In this document: positions 8,244-17,500 of the stretch, one piece after another | Numbering within the stretch: the first letter of the stretch is position 1 | Layout: each line of letters begins with the position of its first letter | NCBI RefSeq assembly: GCF_000446015.1 | Contig: NC_022093.1 | Coordinates: 1,470,001-1,502,000, forward strand | Length of the DNA stretch: 32,000 nt | Reading direction: 5' to 3' | Origin: Thermofilum adornatum | GTDB taxonomy: Archaea > Thermoproteota > Thermoprotei > Thermofilales > Thermofilaceae | The notes under the pieces: generated by a model | Seen by the model: only the letters and a program-made list of their open reading frames with translations | Database searches by the model: none | Told to the model about the DNA's origin: nothing | Translations under genes and position numbers: made by a program

Positions 8244-9869
8244 GTGTTCTTTTCGTGTTGCGTGGCAGTGATAGAGGTTAAGGGTCTAAGCTTCAAGTAT
8301 CTAGGCGGAAAAGACTTTGCACTGAGAGGGATAGACCTAGAGGTAGAAAAGGGGGAGACAATTCTTCTAGTTGGGCCAAGCGGGTGCGGCAAGTCCACAC
8401 TAATTAGGGCCATCAATGGTCTTATACCGCACAGGTACGCGGGCGAATATAAGGGAAGTGTTACCGTCTCTGGGGTCAATGTTGCAGAGTCTTCTCCGCA
8501 GGCCCTTTCAAGGATAGTTGGTACTGTCATGCAGGAGGTTTCTAAGCAACTTGTAGCCCAGACAGTAGAGGACGATGTTGCCTTTGGCCCTGCCAACTTG
8601 TGTATGCCCCGAGAAGAGATAAGGAGACGTGTCGAGGTCAGTTTAAAAGCAGTGGGCGCCCTCCACTTGCGAGAAAGAGACATAAATGCACTTAGCGGCG
8701 GCGAAAAACAAAGGGTAGTTTTTGCTGGGATACTTGCCATGGATCCAGAGGTAGTCCTGCTTGACGAGCCCTTGGCGAACCTTGACAGTGAGGGTGTAAG
8801 GCTTGTCCTGGAACGTGTAGAGGATTTTAAGCAGCGGGGCAAGACCATTGTGATTGCCGAGCACAAGACAGAAGAGATACTCGAGGGAGTAAGGGTTGAC
8901 AGGATAATCGTAATGGATAAAGGCGTAGTTCTAAAGGAGCTCGATTCCCCGGAAGGCCTAGCAGAATACAGGGATAAGGTTAGGGTTCCCTCTTCACTTA
9001 TATACTCCGCCCAAATGGTCAATAAGTCTCTATTACCTATCAACGGTGTTACCACGCGTGACTCTGGAAAAGACGTAATCATTTTCGAGGGCGTCTACTT
9101 CTCATACGATGGGACAAGATATGCGCTGGAAAATGTCTCGCTAACGATAAGAGAGGGCGAAAGAGTGGCACTCTTAGGCAACAACGGCGCAGGTAAGTCC
9201 ACAATGTCTAAGCTTATGCTCGGCCTCCTTAAGCCGACCAAAGGTAGAGTCCTCGTTGACGGAGAGGACACTAGAAGAAAGGAGCCCTACGAGCTAGCCG
9301 GCAAGGTTGGGCTTGTCGTGCAGGACCCCTACTCAATGCTCTTTGCCAGGACTGTGAGGGAAGAGTTAGCATTTGGACCCAGGAACCTCGGGGTTCCACA
9401 GGAAGAAATCGATAAACGAGTAGATGAAGTATCAAAGGCATGCGGGATAAGCCATCTCCTTGACGGGTCGCCCTTCTCCTCTAGCTATGGAGAGAAGAAG
9501 CGTATATGTGTTGGAGCTGTTCTCACAATGTATCCAAGCATCCTCATCTTGGATGAGCCTACTGCTGGGCAAGACTACGCTAACTATGTCAGGTTCCTAG
9601 ACTTTGTGACTTCCTTGAACCAAGTCCGCACCTTCATCCTCATAACGCATGATATAGACATAGCACTCGAGTACACAGACAGGACCATAGTTCTGTCTGG
9701 GGGCAGGGTCATAGCCGATGGCTCAACAGTAGAGGTGTTAGCTAGGGAGGACATTCTGAGGCAGGGTAGTCTGCGCGAGACACAGCTAATAAGGCTTGGC
9801 AGAGAGCTGAGCAACGGGAAAAGGGTGTACAGGAGGAGAGAGCTCGAGAAAGCCCTACAAAAAACTTAA
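8244..9869 (+). CDS. ECF transporter ATPase, fused tandem ABC domains (EcfA1-EcfA2-like / YkoD-like)
   Basis: Two complete ABC cassettes are present. Walker A: GPSGCGKST and GNNGAGKST. Signature: LSGGEKQRV and SYGEKKRI. Walker B: VVLLDEPL and ILILDEPT. The real start is probably GTG 8262 or 8268 (VAVIEVKGLSFKY) rather than 8244. Confidence 0.9.
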   Translation: MFFSCCVAVIEVKGLSFKYLGGKDFALRGIDLEVEKGETILLVGPSGCGKSTLIRAINGLIPHRYAGEYKGSVTVSGVNVAESSPQALSRIVGTVMQEVSKQLVAQTVEDDVAFGPANLCMPREEIRRRVEVSLKAVGALHLRERDINALSGGEKQRVVFAGILAMDPEVVLLDEPLANLDSEGVRLVLERVEDFKQRGKTIVIAEHKTEEILEGVRVDRIIVMDKGVVLKELDSPEGLAEYRDKVRVPSSLIYSAQMVNKSLLPINGVTTRDSGKDVIIFEGVYFSYDGTRYALENVSLTIREGERVALLGNNGAGKSTMSKLMLGLLKPTKGRVLVDGEDTRRKEPYELAGKVGLVVQDPYSMLFARTVREELAFGPRNLGVPQEEIDKRVDEVSKACGISHLLDGSPFSSSYGEKKRICVGAVLTMYPSILILDEPTAGQDYANYVRFLDFVTSLNQVRTFILITHDIDIALEYTDRTIVLSGGRVIADGSTVEVLAREDILRQGSLRETQLIRLGRELSNGKRVYRRRELEKALQKT

Positions 9870-9893
9870 ATTTAAATATGTCGAAAATCTATC

Positions 9894-10463
9894 GTGAACG
9901 CGAAAACACCTAAGAAAGGTTTTGGCACTACCCAAATAGTTGCAATGGCTGTAGGTACTGCCCTCTACGCTGCCCTCAACGTTTTCTTCAACGTTTTACA
10001 GCTACCGGGGACCCAGCTAGTATCCCTTAGACCAAGCGTCTCGATACCAATGTTTTTCGGCTATGTCTTTGGACCCATAGTTGGCTTCGTTTCTGGCTTC
10101 CTGGGAAACATTATAAGCGACGCAATATCTTGGGGAGGCTTCTGGTGGAACTGGGACGTTGGCAACGGTCTCCTCGGCTTGATACCGGGGCTTGTGGTAT
10201 ACTTCTTACCAGAAGAGAAGAGGGGAGAAAAGGTCGGACTAATCTGGGCCGCAATACTTGCGGTTGTTGGCTCGATTATCGGCATGGGCTTCGCCGCCTT
10301 CACGGACTATATCTTCGGCTACGGCATTTCTACACTTGAGGAGGCAATATATGCACTTTTCCTGCCTGCGGCAGTAACAGACGCCGTTAACGGTGCAATA
10401 TTGACGCCCCTCCTAGTAGCCGCATACTACAAGGCAGCCGCGGGGAGAGCTAGAAGGGCATAA
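9894..10463 (+). CDS. ECF transporter substrate-specific (S) component, specificity unknown
   Basis: 189-aa protein with about 6 TM helices, sitting between the ECF ATPase and the T component. It has a GTG start. Gly/aromatic-rich helices (GFWWNWDVGNGLLGLIPG) resemble ECF S components. Confidence 0.7.
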   Translation: MNAKTPKKGFGTTQIVAMAVGTALYAALNVFFNVLQLPGTQLVSLRPSVSIPMFFGYVFGPIVGFVSGFLGNIISDAISWGGFWWNWDVGNGLLGLIPGLVVYFLPEEKRGEKVGLIWAAILAVVGSIIGMGFAAFTDYIFGYGISTLEEAIYALFLPAAVTDAVNGAILTPLLVAAYYKAAAGRARRA

Positions 10464-10467
10464 CGAT

Positions 10468-11265
10468 ATGGGAGAACGCTTTGTTAGGTACATTGAGGGC
10501 AAAAGCATAATACACAGGCTTGACCCCAGGGCAAAAATCATATTTGTTTTTCTCTTTATCTTGTCCACGCTGATCGCCCGCGGCTTAATAGAAGTAGCCT
10601 TTCTACTTGTAGCTGGTTTTGTCTTCTATATGCTTGCACGTTTACCCTTCAGGGAAACCTATGCAACGTGGAGGTTCCTAATACTCGTAATAGTTGTCTT
10701 GTCCTTCCTTAACCTTTTTACACTTACCCTACTCTACCCCAAAGGAGGAACCGTACTGGCAGAGTGGGGGCCAATAAAGATAACCGAAGAGAATCTACTC
10801 GCATCAGTGACACCCGTGTTAAGGCTCCTATCCATTGCAACAGTTACCCTCGCACTCGTATTCACCACTCCCACTAACCTATATGCCCCTGCACTTGGAC
10901 AGCTAGGAGTACCATACAAAGCCGCATACGTAGTCGAGCTAAGCTTCAGGTATATACCTGAGATGTTTAGAGAGCTTAGAAAGACCCTCGAGGCACAGAT
11001 GGCTAGAGGCTATAGGCCAAGAGGAGGCAAAAACCCCCTAGCAAGAATAATCCAAGTCGTACCCTTGATCCTGCCAGTAACTGTTAGCTCAGCTTTGAAC
11101 GTATACGACATAGCAGACGCGATGGAGCTGAGGGGCTTCGGTTCCGAGAAGTGTCACACGTGGTACCGAGAGCTCAGGTTCTCATTCAAGGACTACCTCC
11201 TCGTGATCATAGGTGCAACGATCTTCCTTGCATTTCTCTTAAAGAATTTTATTTTTAGGCTCTAA
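10468..11265 (+). CDS. ecfT: ECF transporter transmembrane (T) component, CbiQ/EcfT family
   Basis: 265 aa. It opens with LDPRAKIIFVFLF. The coupling-helix region ELSFRYIPEMFRELRKTLEAQMARG has the A-x-x-x-A/R-G type motif of EcfT/CbiQ. The gene starts 4 nt after the S component. Confidence 0.85.
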   Translation: MGERFVRYIEGKSIIHRLDPRAKIIFVFLFILSTLIARGLIEVAFLLVAGFVFYMLARLPFRETYATWRFLILVIVVLSFLNLFTLTLLYPKGGTVLAEWGPIKITEENLLASVTPVLRLLSIATVTLALVFTTPTNLYAPALGQLGVPYKAAYVVELSFRYIPEMFRELRKTLEAQMARGYRPRGGKNPLARIIQVVPLILPVTVSSALNVYDIADAMELRGFGSEKCHTWYRELRFSFKDYLLVIIGATIFLAFLLKNFIFRL

Positions 11266-11804
11266 GTAAACTTGGACTTATTATGGTTTAAGAAGTATGA
11301 AGAAAGGTTCGAGACTAATACTTAAGCGTTAATTATTTAACTCCATGTTTTGCATAAATGTAACGTTATGGCAGAAAAAGAAACTAAGAAGAAAGGTTGT
11401 GGTAAAAAGAAAGGAAAAGAAAAAGAAGCCACAAAAAAATAACATCTCTAAAATAATTCTTTTTTCTTCTGGATTCCCCTTAGAGACCATAATCTTGATA
11501 AAATTGCCTGGTAGCAACTATTTATGAAGAATCGTGCCAGTTTTTTCGTAAAGTAAATTTTTTTGCTCGGTGTTATTTCAGATTTTGACCGGTTTTTTCC
11601 TACTCTGTTACCATAGAACTTCGAATATTTCATAAGTTTAATGTGTTCCAAAAATTTTAGAGACGAATCTCTTTTGAGAAGTTTTTCCTCTTTTTCCTTT
11701 TGTAGCTAACTGTATCACCTTTTTTGGCTGGAGTCTCGAGGTATCAAAAGATTCAAAGATGGAATCTAGCATAAGATAAATATGTTTTTTCCCTGTAAGA
11801 TTTC

Positions 11805-13004
11805 TTGGCGCGTCATATGAATGATGAAAAGCGGAGAGCCTATAGTATTATTCTCTCCTTCGGCATTGTGAGTCTCTTAGGAGACATAATTTATGAGGGG
11901 TCCCGCGGCACCATACCAGAATACATGAAGTTCCTTGGAGCCTCCGCGGCCGTCGTCGGCACCGTGATGGGACTTGGAGAACTCATGTCTTATTTTTCCA
12001 GACTGCTAGGAGGCTACCTGGCGGACAAAACCAAGAGCTACTGGCTTCTGGTGTTTCTGGGCTACGGTCTTATCATAGCAATTCCCCTTATTCCACTCAG
12101 CGAGGTCCTCGGCCTAGGCTGGGCACTAGCGGCTACACTAGTCATCCTCGAGCGGCTTGGGAAAGGCATCAGGACGCCCTCTAGGGACACGATCATCTCT
12201 TTTGCATCGAAGAGCATAGGCGGTGGGAAAGCCTTCGGTATACACGAGCTCATGGATCAGATCGGGGCAACTCTTGGTCCACTATTGTTTGCAGTAGCGA
12301 TTGCATATTTTGGCAACTTTAGATACGCGTTTTACCTATCCTTTATACCCTACCTTCTGCTTGTGTTTACATTGATCTATCTCAGAGCCAAAACAAAGCT
12401 ACCAGAGGAAATGACAAACAACAAGAAAGACGAGAACAAGGGCTCAAAGGTTCTATCCCGGCGGGCAACAGCCTATATAACGGCCGTAGGTATAAACGCC
12501 CTGGGACTTTTCCCAGCCTCACTCATCCTCTATTTAGCCGGTGAGACACCCGAGGTCAAAGCTATGGGCCCATGGTTCCCTCCCCTCCTCTACGCGGCTA
12601 TACAGTTGATAGACGCAGTTTTCGCCTTGGCTTTTGGTCTATTGTATGACAAGTACAAGTTCCGCGTCCTATTCTTCCCCTTCACCCTCTCAATACTGAT
12701 CCCGCTCCTAGCGTTCCAGAGGAGCCTAGCAATGATAGTTGCATCCGCGTTAGTTTTTGGTATCGTCCTGGGCTCGCAGGAGTCTGTCTACCGCGCTGCT
12801 GTAGGCGACCTTACAGACCCAAGTGTTAGGGCTACCGCGTACGGTGTCTTCAGCACAATGGTTGGCCTAGGCTCTCTCGGGGCGGGAGCGCTATACGGAC
12901 TTATGATAGACCTTAACGCTCCCATTTGGCTGATCGGAGCCTACGTGTTGGCAACACAGCTGTTGTCCGTCTCCCTACTAGCCTATGTTTCTAAAACTAA
13001 GTAA
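11805..13004 (+). CDS. MFS transporter
   Basis: 399 aa with about 12 TM helices and an MFS-like loop (LLGGYLADKTKS). The likely true start is ATG 11817 (MNDEKRRAY). Confidence 0.85.
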   Translation: MARHMNDEKRRAYSIILSFGIVSLLGDIIYEGSRGTIPEYMKFLGASAAVVGTVMGLGELMSYFSRLLGGYLADKTKSYWLLVFLGYGLIIAIPLIPLSEVLGLGWALAATLVILERLGKGIRTPSRDTIISFASKSIGGGKAFGIHELMDQIGATLGPLLFAVAIAYFGNFRYAFYLSFIPYLLLVFTLIYLRAKTKLPEEMTNNKKDENKGSKVLSRRATAYITAVGINALGLFPASLILYLAGETPEVKAMGPWFPPLLYAAIQLIDAVFALAFGLLYDKYKFRVLFFPFTLSILIPLLAFQRSLAMIVASALVFGIVLGSQESVYRAAVGDLTDPSVRATAYGVFSTMVGLGSLGAGALYGLMIDLNAPIWLIGAYVLATQLLSVSLLAYVSKTK

Positions 13005-13247
13005 AAGTCATTTCCATTTGGACATTTACAGCTAGGCATAAAATGCAAACTTTTTCTGGATCCATCTTAAGTTGTTCCCAGTCGTATTGTCCTTCAAAGT
13101 CTATTTATGCAAAACTTTCTTCCAGCAGTTTTTAATGTTTTTAATTAATTAATCTTCACTTTTCGTGTAAAATATTTGTCCAGGATTATTTATTTATAAC
13201 AAGAAAAACTTAAATACAATTATATACAGTAAAATCTTGCAGATACC

Positions 13248-14426
13248 ATGAAAAACACAAACAAAATTAGGGTACTGACATTGCTACTCGTACTAATACT
13301 GCCGTTTCTACTTGTGCCTGTCAGGGCACAAAACCCAACAATACAGGTTTCTGACCCTACTGGAGACGACAAGGGTCCTGGCTTCTATGGCTATCCAACG
13401 GCAGATGTATTCAAGCCAGGAATATTCGACATAGTCAAGTTCGAAGTATATGTCGAGAACAAAACAGTCACTTTCAAGGTCTACCTGAAGGACACAGGTG
13501 GAAACCCATGGAGCGCCAAGAACGGCTTCTGCCTCCAAAACCTTCAGATATATCTTCACACAGATGCTCCACCAAATGTCCCAGCCCGTTCCTCTGCCAT
13601 TGGCCTAAACTTGAACTTTGACCCGTCCTGGGCATGGCACTACGCAATTATACTGGGCCCATGCTGGGAGACTCCGCCACAACCAATACCTAAGGGACAA
13701 TGCGCCGTCCTCTATAGGCCCTTCGATGAGGTCGTTCAGGGAGACAACTTCAAAGTCTCAGTACAAGGAAACGCTATCGTAGCGACCCTCGACAGGTCGC
13801 TGTTCGACCAGGCTGACCCTGCAAACATAAAGAACTGGAGAATAGTTGTTGCTCTTACCAGCTACGACGGATTCGGGTCACTAAAGGTTAGGGGTACAAG
13901 CCTTGACAAGGGCGACTGGGTCATCTGGGCAGTTGCCACGGCAACCAATGAGCAGAAACTAGCAATGGCAAACGCGATAAAGTTCGGCATCGAGCCTAGG
14001 GTATACGATATTGCTGTATATAGTCCTGAGTACCCCAACGGGATAACAGACCAAGAACAATACCAGTGGCTAAGTAGCTTCGACGTAAACACAAAGACTC
14101 CCGCCACCATCCCGCCAATCCTACCACAACTCAAAGCCCAGCTTGCCTCTGTTGCACAGGAGAGGGACAACCTGAAGACCCAGGTAAACAGTTTGCAGAG
14201 CCAGATATCACAGCTCCAGAGCCAAGTCAACACTCTACAGAGCCAGGTTAAGAGCCTGCAGGACGAAAACTCGAAGCTTAAGAGTGATCTTGACGCCCTG
14301 AAAGCCTCAACCATGAACACTGGCACGGCTGTGGGCCTCGCCATAGTCCTCCTCATAGTCGGCCTCGCTGTTGGTTACTTCTTGGGGAAAGGAAAGAAGA
14401 AGGAGACGCCTAAAGCCCCACAATAA
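13248..14426 (+). CDS. secreted surface-anchor protein: glucodextranase-C/SLH-like domain, Gln-rich coiled coil and C-terminal TM anchor
   Basis: The signal peptide is MKNTNKIRVLTLLLVLILPFLLVPVRAQ. The domain SDPTGDDKGPGFYGYPTADVF...GGNPWSAKNGFCLQNLQIYLHT...ALTSYDG is paralogous to the C-terminal part of the GH57 protein (16861-17898). A heptad-like LQSQ repeat segment lies at about 14121-14309. The TM anchor AVGLAIVLLIVGLAVGYFLG is followed by a Lys-rich tail. Confidence 0.8.
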   Translation: MKNTNKIRVLTLLLVLILPFLLVPVRAQNPTIQVSDPTGDDKGPGFYGYPTADVFKPGIFDIVKFEVYVENKTVTFKVYLKDTGGNPWSAKNGFCLQNLQIYLHTDAPPNVPARSSAIGLNLNFDPSWAWHYAIILGPCWETPPQPIPKGQCAVLYRPFDEVVQGDNFKVSVQGNAIVATLDRSLFDQADPANIKNWRIVVALTSYDGFGSLKVRGTSLDKGDWVIWAVATATNEQKLAMANAIKFGIEPRVYDIAVYSPEYPNGITDQEQYQWLSSFDVNTKTPATIPPILPQLKAQLASVAQERDNLKTQVNSLQSQISQLQSQVNTLQSQVKSLQDENSKLKSDLDALKASTMNTGTAVGLAIVLLIVGLAVGYFLGKGKKKETPKAPQ

Positions 14427-14455
14427 AAAAATATTTTTTCTCCTGGTGATTCTTT

Positions 14456-14581
14456 ATGGATAAAAAATTAGTTATGCTTGTTCTTCTGGCGCTACTCATT
14501 GTTCAGCCCTTTGCTTCATTCGTGTCTGCGCAAGAGACAAAGCCTCTCTATGTATCTATTATTTGGCACTATCATCAGCCT
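14456..14581 (+). other. detached N-terminal fragment of the GH57 gene (signal peptide plus GH57 region I 'HQP'), in a different frame from the body
   Basis: MDKKLVMLVLLALLIVQPFASFVSAQETKPLYVSIIWHYHQP is a classic signal peptide followed by the GH57 opening motif. After P (cct, 14579-81) this frame gives nonsense. The GH57 continuation WYYDADG begins at tgg 14581-83 in the -1 frame. Confidence 0.7.
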
Positions 14582-17500
14582 GGTACTATGACGCAGACGG
14601 CAAGGCGTTCATCCTGCCATGGACAAGGATGCACACGGTCGGCAACTACTACAAGATGGCATATATTCTCAGCAAGTACCCATCGGTAAAAGCAACATTT
14701 ACCTTTTCCGGCTCGCTCATACAGCAAATCCTCGACTACAACCAGGGCATAAAAGATTACAGGCAAATATTGTCTGAGAAAATTGCCTCTGGAGCGTCGC
14801 TCAGCATAGACGAAAAGTTTTCTATGCTGGTGATGCCAGGGGGCTTCTTCGACGTCAACTGGGACAGGGTCGTCAATGTTGTTCCACGGTATACAGAGCT
14901 CAGGGACAGGGCGCAGAGTGCACTCTCGAAGTACAGGTACCTGCCGGAACAGGACTACAAGGCAAAGGTTGTCTCAGAGTTCACCGACCAAGACTTTGTG
15001 GATCTAGCTGTTCTCTTCAACCTCTTCTGGATAGATCCTGAGGTTCTGAGGGAGCAGTACCCACAAGTATACACCTTAAGGCAACAGGCACTCAGCGGAG
15101 GCAAGGGTTTCACGAGGCAGCAACTACAGGACATACTAAGTGTTCACAAAGACTTGTTAGGCAAGGTGCTAGGCATCTATGGAACGCTTGCAAGCAAGGG
15201 CCAGATAGAGCTTATACCTGTCCCATATAGCCACCCACTTGCGCCAATCCTCGCAGACTTCGGCCTACAGGACGACGTCAGGCTCCACGTCAGCCTCAGC
15301 ACACAACTATTCCAGAAAGTATTCAACTATAAGCCGAAGGGGATCTGGCCAGCTGAGCAGGCGGTAAACGACCAGGTACTCAACATTTTTGCCAGTGAAG
15401 GCTACCTCTGGACAGTCACCGACGAGTCACTCTTGGTCAAGGCCGGGCTCGACCCCTCGGATCCAAATGTGGGCATGAGGGGCTGGTACGCTACATACGG
15501 GGGAAGCAAGATATATGTGTTCTTCAGGAACTACGAGCTCAGCGACCTGATAGGCTTCCAGTACAGCAGACAGGACCCGAAACAGGCAGCACAAGACTTT
15601 GTCAACAGGCTACTAAACCTTGCAAAGAAAAGTGACGGCACAAACATCATTGTTATAGCGCTTGACGGGGAAAACCCCTGGGAAAACTACCAGGAATTCG
15701 GAGACACATTCCTGGAAGCACTATACTCTTTGCTAAGCGATTACCAGTCAAAGGGGATACTTGTTACAACCACGCCAGCTGAATACCTCTCAAAGTTCTC
15801 TTCCACAACAAGGGAGCTCCCACTAAAAACATACAAGTACCTAGACCTAGCTGGTAGAGACATATCCGACGTACCTCTAAGCTACACGGACGACGCCTAC
15901 ACTTCTCTTCCAAGGAAAGACGTCCAGGGAAGAATACCTGAAGGCTCATGGTCGGGAGGCGAGCTCGCGGTTTGGATTGGACAGAGACAGGAAAACGCCG
16001 CATGGATGATGCTGATAAAAACCAGGAATGATGTTCTACAAAAACTGGGTGTCTCTAGACTCCAGGACGCCTTGTTCATTAATCCAAACGTTGTCGAAGA
16101 CATTCTGAGGGCCGAGGCAAGCGATTGGACATTCTGGTATGGTGGCGACATGGGTGGAGGATTCCCAGCAAACCCCATGTACAAAGGCTATCTTAGAAAA
16201 GCATACATTGACGCCGGCATGACGCCGCCTGACTACCTCTTGACCCAGTTTAACCCTGACGCCACGCCTGTGGGCGTCTTAAACACGGATACGCCAAAGC
16301 CGCCAAGTGTAGAGCCTAAGCTTGACGGGGTTCTAGCGCCAGGCGAGTGGAACGGCGCCCTAAACATGTCTATGGGCAACAAGGTGGCTAAAAGCATACT
16401 TGTCTCGCCAACTGGAAATGGTCTCTACTTGGCCGTTGTACCAGTTGATAAGTCAGTGCTTTCAAGGCCTAGCGTTGCGATTGGCATTTACACAACTGCA
16501 ATGTCTAGGAGTGTCAGCCCCATGCATCCAGGCTTCAACTCCATCCCAAGATACTCCAAGCTGGATCTAGGCATGGGCCTGTTCTACGAGATCCTAATCT
16601 ACCCAGCCAATTCAACAATAATTGTAAGCGCGGCAGACGGCAAGGGCGGATGGATCCCCTTATTCTACGGCTCAGCGTCGGTAAACGATGTTGTGGAGGC
16701 ATATGTTCCCTGGAGCAACCTTGCCCTCTCACAGGGAGAGCTCGTCTATATATCCTCTGTCACCTATGACTCTGGAAACATAGCCGAATACTCTACCCGT
16801 ATCGGGCAGGTCTACCAGCTGGTCGTCCCAAGAGCCACTACGGTTGCTGGAGCCAAGACGGTGTTCGAGGCTTCTGACCCAGAGGGGGACGACGACGGCG
16901 CGGGAGGCTACAAGTACCCCAAAGCCGACGTGTTTGTGCCTGGGGTATTCGACTTGACAAAGGTCAGGGTTCTAGACACTGGCACGAGTCTCGTCTTTGA
17001 AGTATACGTGAAGAACCTAGGCGGAAACCCGTGGGGCGGGCCAAACGGCTTCTGCCTGCAACTTGTTCATATCTACATCCATACAACCTTGAAGCTCCCG
17101 GGAAGGACTGATACCTTTGGCTTAAATGTTAACCTTACTGACGATTCTGCTTGGCACATAGCTGTATTGCTTGCACCAGGATGGGGCTCTGACCCCGTCC
17201 CGAACGGCGAAAAGTCGGGCATATACCTCTCTGACGGCACAGTATATGTCCAGGACGGAAATAGGTTCAAGGTCTACGCTGACCCTGCCAGAAACGCAAT
17301 AATTGGAGAAGTGTCAAAGAGCATTTTGCCTGACGCCGGAAATGCCTCAAAATGGGTATATACTGTGGCTCTGACAAGCTACGACGGATACGGTCCACAA
17401 AAGATAAGGCCATTTGGCCTAGACCCAGACGTCTGGGTTGTAGGGGCGGGCGCCAAACATGCAAAAGCAGTTTTGTTCAATGTGATACCGCGCATAATGG

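Noticed and set aside
8216-9082. 288-aa minus-strand ORF overlapping the 5' half of the ECF ATPase gene
   Set aside because: It lies entirely antisense to a gene with canonical Walker A/B and signature motifs. Its translation is Ser/Thr/Arg/Leu-rich low complexity, as expected from reading a coding strand backwards. It has no independent promoter context.
9868-9879. AAATTTAAATAT as an internal promoter for the ECF S-component gene
   Set aside because: It is centred only about 20 nt upstream of the GTG at 9894, so a TATA-directed TSS would fall at or inside the start codon. The next in-frame ATG would truncate TM1. Co-transcription with the ATPase is simpler.
11329-11651. Three 60-67 aa ORFs in the AT-rich spacer, including a Lys/Arg-rich peptide
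   Set aside because: They overlap one another on both strands. Their sequences derive directly from purine and pyrimidine tracts (poly-K/R/E or poly-F/L), and there are no start-context or TATA-spacing arguments for them.
11266-11804. Replication origin (oriC) in the AT-rich spacer
   Set aside because: I could find no recognisable ORB or mini-ORB inverted elements. No orc1/cdc6 gene lies in the window. The inverted tracts are low-complexity.
11817-11830. C-box-like AATGATGAA, a possible C/D box sRNA
   Set aside because: It coincides with the probable start codons of the MFS gene (ATG AAT GAT GAA). No CTGA D box lies at the expected distance, and there is no terminal stem. Other TGATGA occurrences (about 224 and about 16005) are inside ORFs and also lack D boxes.
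13043-13125. Direct repeat ATGCAAACTTTTTCTGG (13043-13059) / ATGCAAAACTTTCTTCCAG (13107-13125) upstream of the anchor-protein gene, a possible regulator site
   Set aside because: Only about 11 nt match, with an indel, in very A/T-rich DNA. The motif is absent from the other promoter region of the locus (19958-20107). The evidence is too weak to call.
13862-14356. 164-aa minus-strand ORF antisense to the coiled-coil region of the anchor protein
   Set aside because: It is a by-product of the CAG/CTG-rich repeat, which leaves the opposite strand stop-poor. The plus-strand product has a signal peptide, a conserved domain and a paralogue.
14570-14590. Programmed -1 ribosomal frameshift as the explanation for the GH57 frame break
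   Set aside because: The junction (cat cag cct ggt) has no X-XXY-YYZ slippery heptamer, and I saw no obvious stimulatory hairpin immediately downstream. A 1-nt indel, real or artefactual, is the simpler reading. The observation is kept as a finding, but not as recoding.
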